This document shows positions 27,801 to 40,779 of a stretch of 64,000 bases of DNA, piece by piece. Position numbers and translations under genes: made by a program. Positions within the stretch are counted from its first letter, which is position 1; each line of letters begins with the position of its first letter. Under the pieces are notes generated by a model. It was not told the origin of the DNA and did no database searches. It worked only from the letters and a program-made list of their open reading frames with translations. The DNA comes from Eledone cirrhosa (taxonomy: Eukaryota), in the NCBI GenBank assembly GCA_964016885.1, contig OZ024766.1, forward strand, positions 22,072,001-22,136,000, written 5' to 3'.

Positions 27801-30800
27801 AATTTCTCACTTTCCCTTCGATTTGATCCAGTGAGGGGACAGATAGGACTGTTTGTCGCCTCACCTGTTTCATCTAAGGTGACCCCTAACAGTTCTTTGT
27901 CTTCTGTTAGGGTCAATCTACCACGGAGCCCTTGAGCCAATCTCTCACCTGCTTCATCTAAGGTGACCCCTAACAGCTCTTTGTCCTCTGTTAGGGTCAA
28001 TCTATGCCAAAGCCCTTCATCCAATCTCTCTCCTGATTCATCTAAGGTGACCCCTAGTAGTTTCTTGTCTTCTGTTAGGGTCAATCTACCACGGAGCCCT
28101 TGAGCCAATCTCTCACCTGCTTCATCTAAGGTGACCCCTAACAGCTCTTTGTCCTCTGTTAGGGTCAATCTATGCCAAAGCCCTTCATCCAATCTCTCTC
28201 CTGATTCATCTAAGGTGACCCCTAGTAGTTTCTTGTCTTCTGTTAGGGTCAATCTACCACGGAGCCCTTCATCCAATCTCTCACCTGCTTCATCTAAGGT
28301 GACCCCTAAAAGTTTCTGATCCTCTGTTAGGGTCAATCTACCACGAAGCCCTTCATCCAATCTCTCTCCTGCTTCATCTAAGGTGACCCCTAACAGCTCT
28401 TTGTCCTCTGTTAGGGTCAATCTACCACAGAGCCCTTCATCCAATCTCTCACCTGTATCGTCCCAGGTGTGCCCAAATAACTTTTTGTTACCCCTGGGAT
28501 CTACTTTCATACAAGGGCACAAATCAGTATCTGTTTCCTCACCTGTCGTATCCCAGGTGTGTTCAAATAATGTTTCGCAATCCTCTGGATCTGTTCCAGT
28601 GAGGGGACAGTTACCAACATCTGTCACCTCACCTGCTTCATCTAAGATCTCCTCTAACAGTTCTTTGTCCCTTATTAGGGTCGATTTATCGTGGAGACCC
28701 TCATCTGATTTTTCATCTCCTTTGTTAAAGGTGTCTTTGGATCTTTCACCAAATATTTTCTGACCTTCCTCTCGATCCAATCCAGTGAGGGGACAGTTAA
28801 CAACATCTCTCACCTCACTTGCTTCATCTAAGATCTCCTCTAACATTTCTTTGTCCCTTATTAGGGTCGATTTATCGTGGGGACCCTCATCTGATTTTTC
28901 ATCTCCTTTGTTAAAGGTGTCTTTGGATCTTTCACCAAATATTTTCTGACCTTCCTCTCGATCCAATCCAGTGAGGGGACAGTTACCAGCATTTGTCCCC
29001 GCGCCTGTTTCATTCCAGGTGTTTCCCAAAAAATAATTATTACTTGTGGAATCTGTCCTTATGGTACAAGGACACAAACCGACATCAATCTCATCACATG
29101 TTTCATCTAAGATACGCCCCAGCAATTTCTTGGCCCCTGTTAGCTTCGATTCAGATTGGAGACCCGAACCGACATCTTTCCCTTCAACCATCTCATCCCA
29201 GGTATGCCCAAATAATTTCTTGTTTCCAGAGGGATCTAATCCCATACAAGGGCACAGTCCTTCCTCTACCATCTCAGGCGTTTCAGTAACACCTGAGTAA
29301 TCCTCGTAATCCTCGTCCATGTAGCAGATATTTGCAAACAAGTCGTAACCTTCGTCTTCACACAACTTGGCAGAGTTGCTATCCTCCCATTTTTTGTTTT
29401 TTTGTCTGTCCTTTAAATCATCGCTACCGGAGACGGCTGCCATGTTGCTTGTGTAACCGATGCGACGTTCTACTGCGTAACCAGTGACTTTGACATCATC
29501 ATCATCATCAACAACATCACCTATGTTGCCGATGTTACGGATGCAAGGTTCTAGCTTGTAGCCAGTAACATTGACAACGTCATCATCATCATCGTCATCA
29601 TCATCATCATCATCTCTGTTGCCTGTTTTATGGATGCAAGGTTCTATCGTGTAACCAGTGACTTTGACAAATTCATCATCATCATCATCATCATCTCTGT
29701 TGCCTGCGTAATCAATGCAAGGTTCTACTGCGTAGCCAGTGACTTTGACAAATTCATCATCATCATCATCATCATCCTCATCATCATCATCATCACCTAT
29801 GTTACGGTTACAAGGTTCTAGTGCGTAACCAGTGGCTCTCACACCACCACCACCACCACCATCATCATCTATGTTTTCTGTGTAATCAATGCGAGGTTCT
29901 GCTGCGTAGCCAGTGACCTTGACAACATCATCATCATCACCACCAGCACCGTCGCCATCATCTCTGTTGTCGTGACGACCGGCGGCAGAGGCATCGTTGT
30001 CGTCATTAGCGACGCTGCTGCTGCTGCTGCTGCTGCGGAGGAGGAGGCGGCGGCGGCGGTGCTCGCGGAGCTGGGATGGCGGTGCAGGGGAGCAGCACCG
30101 CTCGGGCTCTGCAGTGTTAACGGCAGTACACCGCGAATGTGAATCTACAGCGGTCACCACTGCCTTAGAAGTAGTAGTAGTAGTAGTAGTATTACTACCA
30201 CTACTACTACTACTACTCTGCCTGAAACACGGGACTGTTCTACGAGATTCTACGACATTGGTCATGTGATCTTCGATCTCCTCATCACAAGTCACATGAC
30301 CTTTCTTTTCGTTACAAACCACGTGACATGTCTTCTTCTCAAAAATCTCGTGACCTTCGACCTTGTCACATGGTTTTTTCTCCTCAAAAATCATGTGACC
30401 TTTGGCCTTGTCATCACAAACCACGTGACCTGTCTTCTCAAAAATCTCGTGACCTTCGACCTTGTCACATGGTTTGTTCTCCTCAAAAATCATGTGACCT
30501 TTGGCCTTGTCATCACAAATCACGTGACCTGTCTTCTCAAAAATCTTGTGACCTTCGACCTTGTCACATGGTTTGTTCTCCTCAAAAATCATGTGACCTT
30601 TGGCCTTGTCATCACAAACCACGTGACCTGTCTTCTCAAAAATCTTGTGACCTTCGACCTTGTCACATGGTTTGTTCTCCTCAAAAATCATGTGACCTTT
30701 GGCCTTGTCATCACAAACCACGTGACATGTCTTCTCAAAAATCTCGTGACCTTCGACCTCGTCATCATAAATCACATGACCTTTGTCTCCGGTGGCTGTC

Positions 30801-33800
30801 ACATGACGGAAAGTGTCACAACCGGCGCCCCCTAGTTGGCGATTTTTTCCAGAAAGTTCCAATGACGGTTCATTGGTTGAGTTTCTGGTCATGTGACTAG
30901 CAGAGTGACCTCTACCGCCACCACCCCCACTACTACTATTACCACCAGCAGCAGAAGCGCCCTCTGGTTGACAAATATTTCCAGAAAATTCTGATGGAGG
31001 CTTGTCCATCCAACTTCCTGTCACGTGACTAACAGAGCTGTCACTGACGCTACCACCAGCGCCATCTAGCTGACAGTCTTTTCCAGAAAAATCTGGTAAT
31101 GGTTTGTCCATCCAACTTCCTGTCACATGACTAAAAGTGTCGCTACCACCAGCGCCATCTAGCTGGGAGTCATTTCCTGAAAGACCCGGTGATGGTTCGT
31201 TCATACAACTTCCTGTCACATGACTAAAAGTGTCGCTACTTCCTGTACAATCGGAAGCTGCTGCTGCTGCTGCTATTTTGTCCTCAGCCTCGTTTTCAAT
31301 TCTCTGTCTCTCTACTTCCTCTACTTCCTGTTTGCTACTTCCTGTGTAATCCATAGCTGCTGCTGTTGCTGCTTTATCCTCAGCCTCATTTTCAATTTTT
31401 CGCCTTTCTACTTCCTGTTTGCGATCTTCTTCATATTTCTCTCGATCCATCCAACTTCCTGTCACATGACTGAAAATGTTGCTACTTCCTGTGAAATCCA
31501 CAGCTGCTACAGTTGCTGATGTTGTTGTTGTTGCTGCTGCTGCTATTTTGTCCTCAGCCTCGTTTTCAGTTCTCCGTCTCTCTACTTCCTGTTTGCGACC
31601 TTCTTCACCTTTCTCTCGATCCATCCAACTTCCTGTCACATGACTAAAGAAGCCGCTACTTCCTGTTTTCCGTCTCTGCACTTCCTGTCCGCCACCACCA
31701 CCACCACCACCACCATCACCGCCATCACCGCCACCACCGCCACCACCACCATCATAATCACCACCACCACCACCACCACCACCACCACCACCGCCACCAC
31801 CACCACCACCACCACCACCACCACCACCGCCACCACCACCATCATCATCATAGTCTTCTTCAGGTATGTCGTCCAGATTTTCGCCCGCACTAAATATAAT
31901 TTCATATCCGTTATATACACTGCTATATACACCGTTATATACACCCTTATCACCACGATTATATACACCATTGTCATGCCCACTGGTGTATATATTATTG
32001 TCAACACGTTTATATACATCATTTTCACTTTCGCTGCTATATATAGTATTAAGTCCACTATATACACCATCATCACTTCCAGTGTGTATATTTTCAACAT
32101 CCCTATATACATTTTTAGATCCAGTGTGTATATTTTCAACATCCCTATATACATTTTTAGATCCAGTGTATATATTTTCAACATCACTATATACATTTTT
32201 AGATCCAGTGTGTATATTTTCAATATCCCTATATACATTTTTAGATCCAGTGTGTATATTTTCAACATCCCTATATACATTTTTAGATCCAGTGTGTATA
32301 TTTTCAACATCCCTATATACATTTTTAGATCCAGTGTGTATATTTTCAACATCACTATATACATTTTTAGATCCAGTGTGTATATTTTCAACATCCCTAT
32401 ATACATTTTTAGATCCAGTGTGTATATTTTCAACATCCCTATATACATTTTTAGATCCAGTGTGTATATTTTCAACATCACTATATACATTTTTAGATCC
32501 AGTGTATATATTTTCAACATCACTATATACATTTTTAGATCCAGTGTATATATTTTCAACATCCCTATATACATTTTTAGATCCAGTGTATATATTTTCA
32601 ACACCACTATATACATTTTCAGGTTTAGTGTATATATCATCAAGGCTGGTGTATATATTTTTATGTCCATCTTTATACACACTAACAATACTGCTATATA
32701 CATTTTCACCATCACTGCTATATATATTATTTTTGCTATATACACCATCAGTTCTGCCAGTATATATATTTTCACTACCTTTATACACACTGTCATTTTT
32801 TATATATACATCATAACTCTCTCCAGTGTGTATATCTTCATATGTTGTGTATATACCATCAGTTTCTCCAGTGTGTATATTTTCACATGTTGTGTATAAA
32901 CCATCAGTTTCTCCAGTGTGTATAGTTTCACCACCTTTATACACACTATCATTTTGGGTGTATATATTACCAACACTGCTATATACACTATCAGATTCGG
33001 TGTATATACCATCACTTTCTCCAGTGTGTATAGTTTCACCACCTTTATACACACTATCATTTTGGGTGTATATATTACCAACACTGCTATATACACTATC
33101 AGATTCGGTGTATATACCATCACTTTCTCCAGTGTGTATAGTTTCATCACATTTTGTATATATATTATCCATTCTATATACATTATCACAATTGGTATAT
33201 ATATCACTTCCAACACTATATATATTATTAGTACTGTTATATACACTATCATTTTTGGTAGAAGCACTATCACTTCCATCGGTATAAACATTATCATTCA
33301 TGGTATAAACATTATCATTCGTGGTATAAACAATATCATTCGTGGTATAAACAATATCATTCGTGGTATAAACAATATCATTCGTGGTATAAACAATATC
33401 ATTCATGGTATAAATATTATCACTTCTGTCGGTAGAAACACTATCAGCCTCAGAAGAAATGTCACCAGTCTTGGTATAAAAACTATCAGCCTTGGAAAAA
33501 TCATAATCATTCTTGGTAGAAACAATATCACTTCTATTGGTAGAAACAATATCACTTCTATTGGTAGAAACAATATCACTTCTATTGGTAGAAACATTAT
33601 CACTTCTATTGGTATAAACATTATCACTTCTATTGGTAGAAAAATTATCACTTCTATTGGTATAAACATTATCACTTCTATTGGTAGAAACATTATCACT
33701 TCTATTGGTAGAAACAATATCACTTCTATTGGTAGAAACATTATCAGCTTTGGTAGAAACATTATCACTTCTATTGGTAGAAACAATATCAGCTTTGGTA

Positions 33801-34628
33801 TAAACAATATCACTTCTATTGGTAGAAACATTATCAGCTCTGGTATAGACAATATCACTTCTATTGGTAGAAACATTATCAGCTTTGGTAGAAACAATAT
33901 CACTTCTATTGGTAGAAACATTATCAGCTTTGGTAGAAACAATATCACTTCTATTGGTAGAAACATTATCAGCTCTGGTATAAACAATATCACTTCTATT
34001 GGTAGAAACATTATCAGCTTTGGTATAAACAATATCACTTCTATTGGTAGAAACATTATCAGCTTTGGTATAAACAATATCACTTCTATTGGTAGAAACA
34101 TTATCAGCTTTGGTAGAAACAATATCACTTCTATTGGTAGAAACAGTATCAGCTTTGGTAGAAACAATATCACTTCTATTGGTAGAAACATTATCAGCTC
34201 TGGTATAAACAATATCACTTCTATTGGTAGAAACATTATCACTTCTATTGGTAGAAACAATATCAGCTTTGGTATAAACAATATCACTTCTATTGGTAGA
34301 AACATTATCACTTCTATTGGTAGAAACATTATCACATTTGGTATATGATATATAATTACTACTGCTGCTGCTGCTATTGTTGTTACTGCTGCTACTACTG
34401 CTGTTGTTGCTGCTGTTGTTACTACTACTGCTGTTGTTGTTGCTGTTACTACTACTACTGCTGTTATTGTTGTTGTTGTTGTTGTTGTTGTTGATGTTGC
34501 TACTGCTGCTGCTGCTGTTGTTGTTATTGCTGTTGCTGTTGCTACTACTGTTGTTGTTGTTGTTGTTGTTTCTATTGCTACTGTTGTTGTTGTTGTTGCT
34601 GTTGTTGCTGTTGTTGCTGCTGCTGTTG

Positions 34629-34661
<33 letters not shown>

Positions 34662-37369
34662 TTTCTGTTGCTGCTGCTGCTGCTGCTGTTGTTGTTGTTG
34701 TTGATGTAGATGCTGCTGTTACTGATACAGCTGTTTTTGTTGTTACTGTTGTTGTTGTTGTTGTTACTGTTGTTGTTGTTGCTGCTGCTGCTGTTACTGC
34801 TGCTGCTGCTGCTGCTGCTGTTGTCAATATAGATGTCAATACTGCTGTTGTATTGGTTGATGTGTTTACTGACGTAGTTGTTAAAGTTCTGTCTGTCTCC
34901 GGCGGAGTGTGACGTTGTGTGAGTCTGTGCGGCGGGGGATTGAAGCTCCTCTCCGGCGGAGTGTGCCGCAGTGTGTGCCACCAGGGGTTGTAACTCCTCT
35001 CTGGCGGAGTGTGCCATCAGGTGACCCACGTTCTGTGCCACGGGAGACTGCAGTTCCTCTCCAGTGGAGTGTGACGTTGTGTGAGTCTGTGCCGCGGGGG
35101 ATTGAAGCTCCTCTCCGGCGGAGTGTGCCGCAGTGTGTGCCACCAGGGGTTGTAACTCCTCTCTGGCGGAGTGTGCCATCAGGTGACCCACGTTCTGTGC
35201 CACGGGAGACTGCAGTTCCTCTCCAGTGGAGTGTGACGTTGTGTGAGTCTGTGCCGCGGGGGATTGAAGCTCCTCTCCGGCGGAGTGTGCCGCAGTGTGT
35301 GTCACACTGGGTTGCAGCTCCTCTCCGGCGGGGTGTGCCGCAGTCTGTGTCACGGTGGGTTGCAGCTCCTCTCCGGCGGGGTGTGCCGCAGTTTGTGTCA
35401 CACTGGGTTGCAGCTCCTCTCCGGCGGGGTGTGCCGCAGTCTGTGTCACACTGGGTTGCAGCTCCTCTCCGGCGGGGTGTGCCGCAGTCTGTGTCACGGT
35501 GGGTTGCAGCTCCTCCTCCCCAGTGAAGGAGTATGTCACAGTGTATGTCACAGGGGATTGCAGCTCCTCCTCTCCAATGAAGGAGGGTGCCACAGCATCA
35601 TCCCCAGTGTGTGCCATGATGAATTGGAGTTCGTCTCCAGTGGAAAGTGGCGCCATCTGTTGTGCCACGGAGAGCTGCAGTTTGTTGTTGTCTCCAGCGA
35701 AGGGGTTTGTCTCCCGCAAACGCTGAGCTCCATCTTTAGTTAAAATGTCTGTTAGATGGCGATCACGTTTGTCTTTGGTGAAAGCGTGCGCCATGTCGCT
35801 CTGAAGCTTTCCTCCGGCAAATGGATTCGCTAGCTCGGGTTCACGTTTGTCTTTGGTGAAAGTGTGCGCCATGTCGCTCTGAAGCTTTCCTCCGGCAAAT
35901 GGATTCGCTAGCTCGGGTTCACGTTTGTCTTTGGTGAAAGTGTGCGCCATGTCGCTCTGAAGCTTTCCTCCGGCAAATGGATTTGCTAGCTCGGGTTCAC
36001 GTTTGTCTTTGGTGAAAGTGTGCGCCATGTCGCTCTGAAGCTTTCCTCCAGCAAATGGATTTACTGAATGGTGCTCATGTATATCTTTGCTGAAAGAATG
36101 CGTCGAGGAGCTCTGAAGTTCTCCTCCAGCAAATGGATTAGCCAGATGGCGCTGAGGTGGTTGGTTGTCAACGGTGACAGAATCTATAAACAGCAGCTGC
36201 TGCTGCTGTTCTAATTTGGTCTCCGCCGTCGCCACATCCACCGCCTCATCCCTTTGCCTCCCCCTCCCCCTCCGGCGTCCACCAGCTCCGCCGCCGCCGC
36301 CTCCACTTCGACCTTTGGCGTCTCTCCCTCCTCCTCCTCGCCGGCGTGTCCCTCCCACCGCTCCTCTCCTTGGCATTCTTCCTCCTCCTCCTCCTCCTCC
36401 TCCTCCATCAAACGAACTACTGACACCACCACCACCTTCTCTGCCTTCTCCTCTTTTTCTTCTTCCTTGTTCGACACCGCCGCCGCCGCCGCCGCCATCT
36501 TCGCCGCCAACAGTTCGCCTCCCCTTCCGCCTCTTCCCCGTTTCCCTTGCACCTTTCCTCGTAATTCCTCCTCCCCCTCCTCCTCCACACCCCCCTCCTC
36601 CATCGGCGGCGACACCTCCTACTACTACTTCACCGCCTCCTCCACCGCTTACTTCTACTCCACTCCCCCCTCCCCCTCCACCACCACCTCCTCCTCGCAT
36701 TCTTTCTTTCAAGTAAGATATAACTACTCCTACCTCGTGCGGCCTCATCTTGTCGTCGTCTTTGTCTCCGCCCAACTTGTATTTAGGCTCCGCCTTCTTC
36801 TCTCCTTTTTGTAATAACTCCTCCTCCACGTCTTTACCTTTTCGTAACTCCGCCTTCTTCTTCTTCTTCGTCTTCTCTGCTTTTAGTAACTCCTCCTCCT
36901 TCTCTCGTCTCCTTTGTAACTCCGCCTCTTTCTCTGGCCCCTTTCGTAGCTCCTCCTTCTCTCGTCTCCTTTGTAACTCCGCCTCTTTCTCGTGTCCCTT
37001 TCGTAGCTCCTCCTTCTCTTGTCTCCTTTGTAACTCCGCCTCTTTCTCTGGCTCCTTTCGTAGCTCCTCCTTCTCTTGTCTCCTTTGTAACTCCGCCTCT
37101 TTCTCTGGCCCCTTTCGTAGCTCCTCCTTCTCTTGTCTCCTTTGTAACTCCGCCCCTTTCTCTGGCCCCTTTCGTAGCTCCTCCTTCTCTCGTCTCCTTT
37201 GTAACTCCGCCTCTTTCTCTGGCCCCTTTCGTAGCTCCTCCTTCTCTTTTTTTTGTAGCCCCGCATTTTTCTCGGCTTTTAGTAACTCCTCCCTCTTCTC
37301 CATTTTTTGTGGCTCCTCCTTCTTTCTTTTTTGTAACTCCTCCCTCCTCCTCCTTGGCTTGCTTTTCAC
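24811..37369 (-). CDS. Giant exon, >4180 codons of tandem peptide repeats and low-complexity sequence; uncharacterised, likely intrinsically disordered; 5' boundary unresolved
   Basis: 12.5 kb without a stop; measured repeat units are multiples of 3 (57, 78, 42, 99, 84 bp); no long (TA)n tracts, unlike the flanks; donor GAG|GTATGT at 24811/24810 in phase 1. The listed start is a GTG, with an in-frame TGA at 37388-37390. Confidence 0.8.
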
Positions 37370-38660
37370 TCCTCCTCCTTCTCCTCTTCATCATCATCAT
37401 CATCATCATCATCCTCATCATCAACACGGCGCCAGTCATAGCTCACCGCCGTCCCCACATTCTCCCCCATGGAGGTGGTGGCGGTGGTGGTGTCGACGGC
37501 CATGACAGGCCACGGAAAGGTCAAGGTTGTCTTTGTAGGGGTCGTCAGACAGGATGTGACCCCTGCCGTCCAGGAGTTCAACCCTCCGCCGCCGCCGCCG
37601 CCGCTATCGCGGTTGTTGTTGAAGTAGTAGTAGTAGTTATTACCACCACCACCACCACCACCACCACTACCACGATCATCATCATCATCATCATCATCGA
37701 CAACAATATAATTGGCGGTGGCGGTGGTGGTGGTGGTGGTGTTGTTGTCACTATCCATGGTGGTGGTGTGGTGGTGGTGTTGTTGTTGGTGGTGGTGTCG
37801 GTGATCTTATTGGTGGTGGTGGTGTCGGTGGTGTCACTGTTGCTGTTGTTGGTGGTGTTGTCAGTAGTGGTTTGGCTGTTGGAGGTGCTGTTGGAGGTGT
37901 TGTTGTTGGTGGTCTTTAAGTTGGTGGTGTTGGTGTTGCTGCTGTTGTTGTTGTTGTTGGCTTCATTCCAAACTAAGTGGTAAATCCGAGTTGTATTACT
38001 ACCACCACTACTACTACTACTATTTGTAGTAATAGCTGTAGTAGCAGTAGTAGTAGTAGGTTGACAGTTGAAATTCAGTACCTTGCTGTTGTCACCCACC
38101 ATCTTCTGCCATCCTGTGACCAGTAATTATAGTCCAGTGCCGGTGGTGGTGGTGTTGGCTGCTGTGATAGTAGTAGTGGTGTTGGTGGTAGTAGTGTTGG
38201 CTGTTGCGATAGTGGTGGTGGTGGTGTTGGTGGTATTCGTGGTGGTGGTGGTGTTGGTGTTGGCTGCTGTGATAATAGTGGTGGTTGTGTCGGTGGTAGT
38301 AGTGTTAGCTGCTATGATAGTGGTGGTGGTGGTGGTGGTATTACAGGTAGTGTAATGATGGTGGTGTTGGTGGTGTTGGCTGCTGTGATAGTAGTAGTGG
38401 TGTTGGTGGTAGTAGTGTTGGCTGTTGTGATAGTGGTGGTGGTGTTGGTGGTATTGGTGGTAGTGTAATGATGGTGGTGTTGGTGGTAGAAGTGTTAGCT
38501 GCCTCCGTGACAAAGATTTTTTGTGCTCAAAATCTTTGCTGTAGTAGTACTGATGTTGTTGTCGTTGTTGCTGTTACTACTGTTTTTAACAAGTCAAGTT
38601 ACCTCACAGAAGCTTCCCTTATATTTAAAGTGTTGCTGTTGCTGCTGTTATTGTTGGTTG
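37370..38660 (-). other. Coding-like trinucleotide-rich continuation upstream of the giant ORF, broken by apparent frameshifts
   Basis: Overlapping ORFs 37366..37758, 37578..38102 and 38127..38513 switch frame at irregularities in GGT/GAG runs. Confidence 0.4.
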
Positions 38661-39450
38661 TAATTTGAAAGAGATTTGGCTGCTATTTTTAGTAAGTCTA
38701 GACAGAGGCCTCCCTTGTCTCAAATATTTTAGATGTTGTTGTTGGAGTTGTTGGCTGTGATTTGAGGGAGACTTGGCTGCTATTTTTAGCCAAGCTTGCT
38801 ACCTTGTAGAGGTTTCTCTCGTTTGATCAAATATCTCAGATGTTGCTATTGCTGTTGTTGTGATTTGAGGGAGATTTGACTGCTATTTTTAGCTAACCTT
38901 GTCACCACACAGGTACTGTTGGTGTTTGGTTGTGTTGTTGTTCTTGTTGTAGTAGCGATTTGAGGAGATTTGACTGCTATTTTTAGCTAACCTTGTCACC
39001 ACACAGGTGTTGTTGGTGTTTGGTTGTGTTGTTGTTCTTGTTGTAGTAGCGATTTGAGGGAGATTTGACTGCTTTTTTTTAGCTAAACCTGCTACCACAC
39101 AGGTGCTGTTGGTGAAGTTTGTGTTGTTATTCTTGTTATTCTTGTTGTTGTTGTAGTGATTTGAGGGAAATTTAACTGCTACCTCTAGCAAGTCAAGCTA
39201 CCACATACAGTCATCCTTCATCTCAAATATTACAAAATATTTCAAAATTAAAATATATCCTCACTTTTTTTTAAAAGTAAAATGTGATTCGTGGGAGATT
39301 TGACTGCTATTTTTAGCTATCCAAGCAACCGGGTAGCGGTCTCTCTCGTTGGATCATATATTTTAAAGATTTATAAACCTCAGAGTGTGTAGCATTTTTT
39401 CCTTGTTTTTTTTTTAAGAGAGAAGGGTTTGATTTGAGGGAGATTTAGAA
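38660..39450. repeat. Degenerate tandem repeat of about 100-120 bp
   Basis: GATTTGAGGGAGATTTGACTGCTATTTTTAGC recurs about 8 times. Confidence 0.75.
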
Positions 39451-39893
39451 AGAACGATAAGGAGTTTTGCGCTCAAAATCTTCGTCATGATAGTTAAGAT
39501 GCTGGTGGCGATGGCGCAGTGGTATTGCAACACCGCGCCACTGTTGGTGGTGGAGGTGGTGTTGCTGTTGGGGGGTGTAGTTGTTTGCTGTTGTTGTCGT
39601 TGTAGTTCTCGTTGTTGTTGTTGTTGTTGTAAGAAAATCGAGCGAGATTTGGCTGCTATTTCTAGCCTCTAGTGTTGTTGTAGCTTTTGCTCTTGTACGG
39701 AAGGTCTATTTCTGACATTCAAAAAGCCTGCTTTGCTCTCTAGTCACTAAATATGTCTGTCTGTCTGTCTGTCTGTCTGTCTGCCTGCCTGTATGTCTGT
39801 GTGCTGCCCCCCCCCCCCCCCCCCCATCTCTCTCTCCCCCCTCTCTCTCTCTTTTTCTCTCACATCCCACTAATTTTTGCCTTCTCTACCACA

Positions 39894-39952
<59 letters not shown>

Positions 39953-40015
39953 GTGTGTGTGTAGATGTATGTATATATATATATACACATATATATATAC
40001 ATACATATATATGTA

Positions 40016-40094
<79 letters not shown>

Positions 40095-40192
40095 ATATAT
40101 ATATATATATACACATATATATATATATATGTATGTATATATATATACACACATATATATATATATATATGTATTATATATATATATATATG

Positions 40193-40248
<56 letters not shown>

Positions 40249-40249
40249 T

Positions 40250-40335
<86 letters not shown>

Positions 40336-40340
40336 GTATG

Positions 40341-40372
<32 letters not shown>

Positions 40373-40779
40373 TATATACATATATATATACATATATATA
40401 CACATATATACATCCCACACTCACCACTCCTACAAATGACAGGTCAGTGTCTATTTCGGACAAAGCAGGTCCACTTCCTTTTGTAGACAACTATTGGTCA
40501 AGCCAGCGGTGTGGTGGTGGTGGTGTAGTGGTGGTGGTGTGGTGGTGGTGGTGTAGTGGTGGTGGTGGGGTTGTGGTGGTGGTGGTGGTGGTGTGGTGGT
40601 GGTGTAGTGGTGGTGGTGTAGTGGTGGTGGTGTAGTGGTGGTGGTGGTGTAGTGGTGGTGGTGGTGTAGTGATGGTGGTGGTGTGGTGGTGGTGTGACTC
40701 AGTAGAGTGACCATGTCTACATAAATAGCTCCATTCTTGTTTATAGCCCTGGTCAAAACCACCACCACCACCATAGTTT

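Noticed and set aside
24811-37369. Naming the giant protein (mucin, titin, trichohyalin, reflectin, paralemmin)
   Set aside because: Only compositional resemblance; no diagnostic domain or reflectin motif seen.
24924-37505. Plus-strand and alternate-frame ORFs overlapping the giant ORF
   Set aside because: Expected shadows of in-frame tandem repeats.
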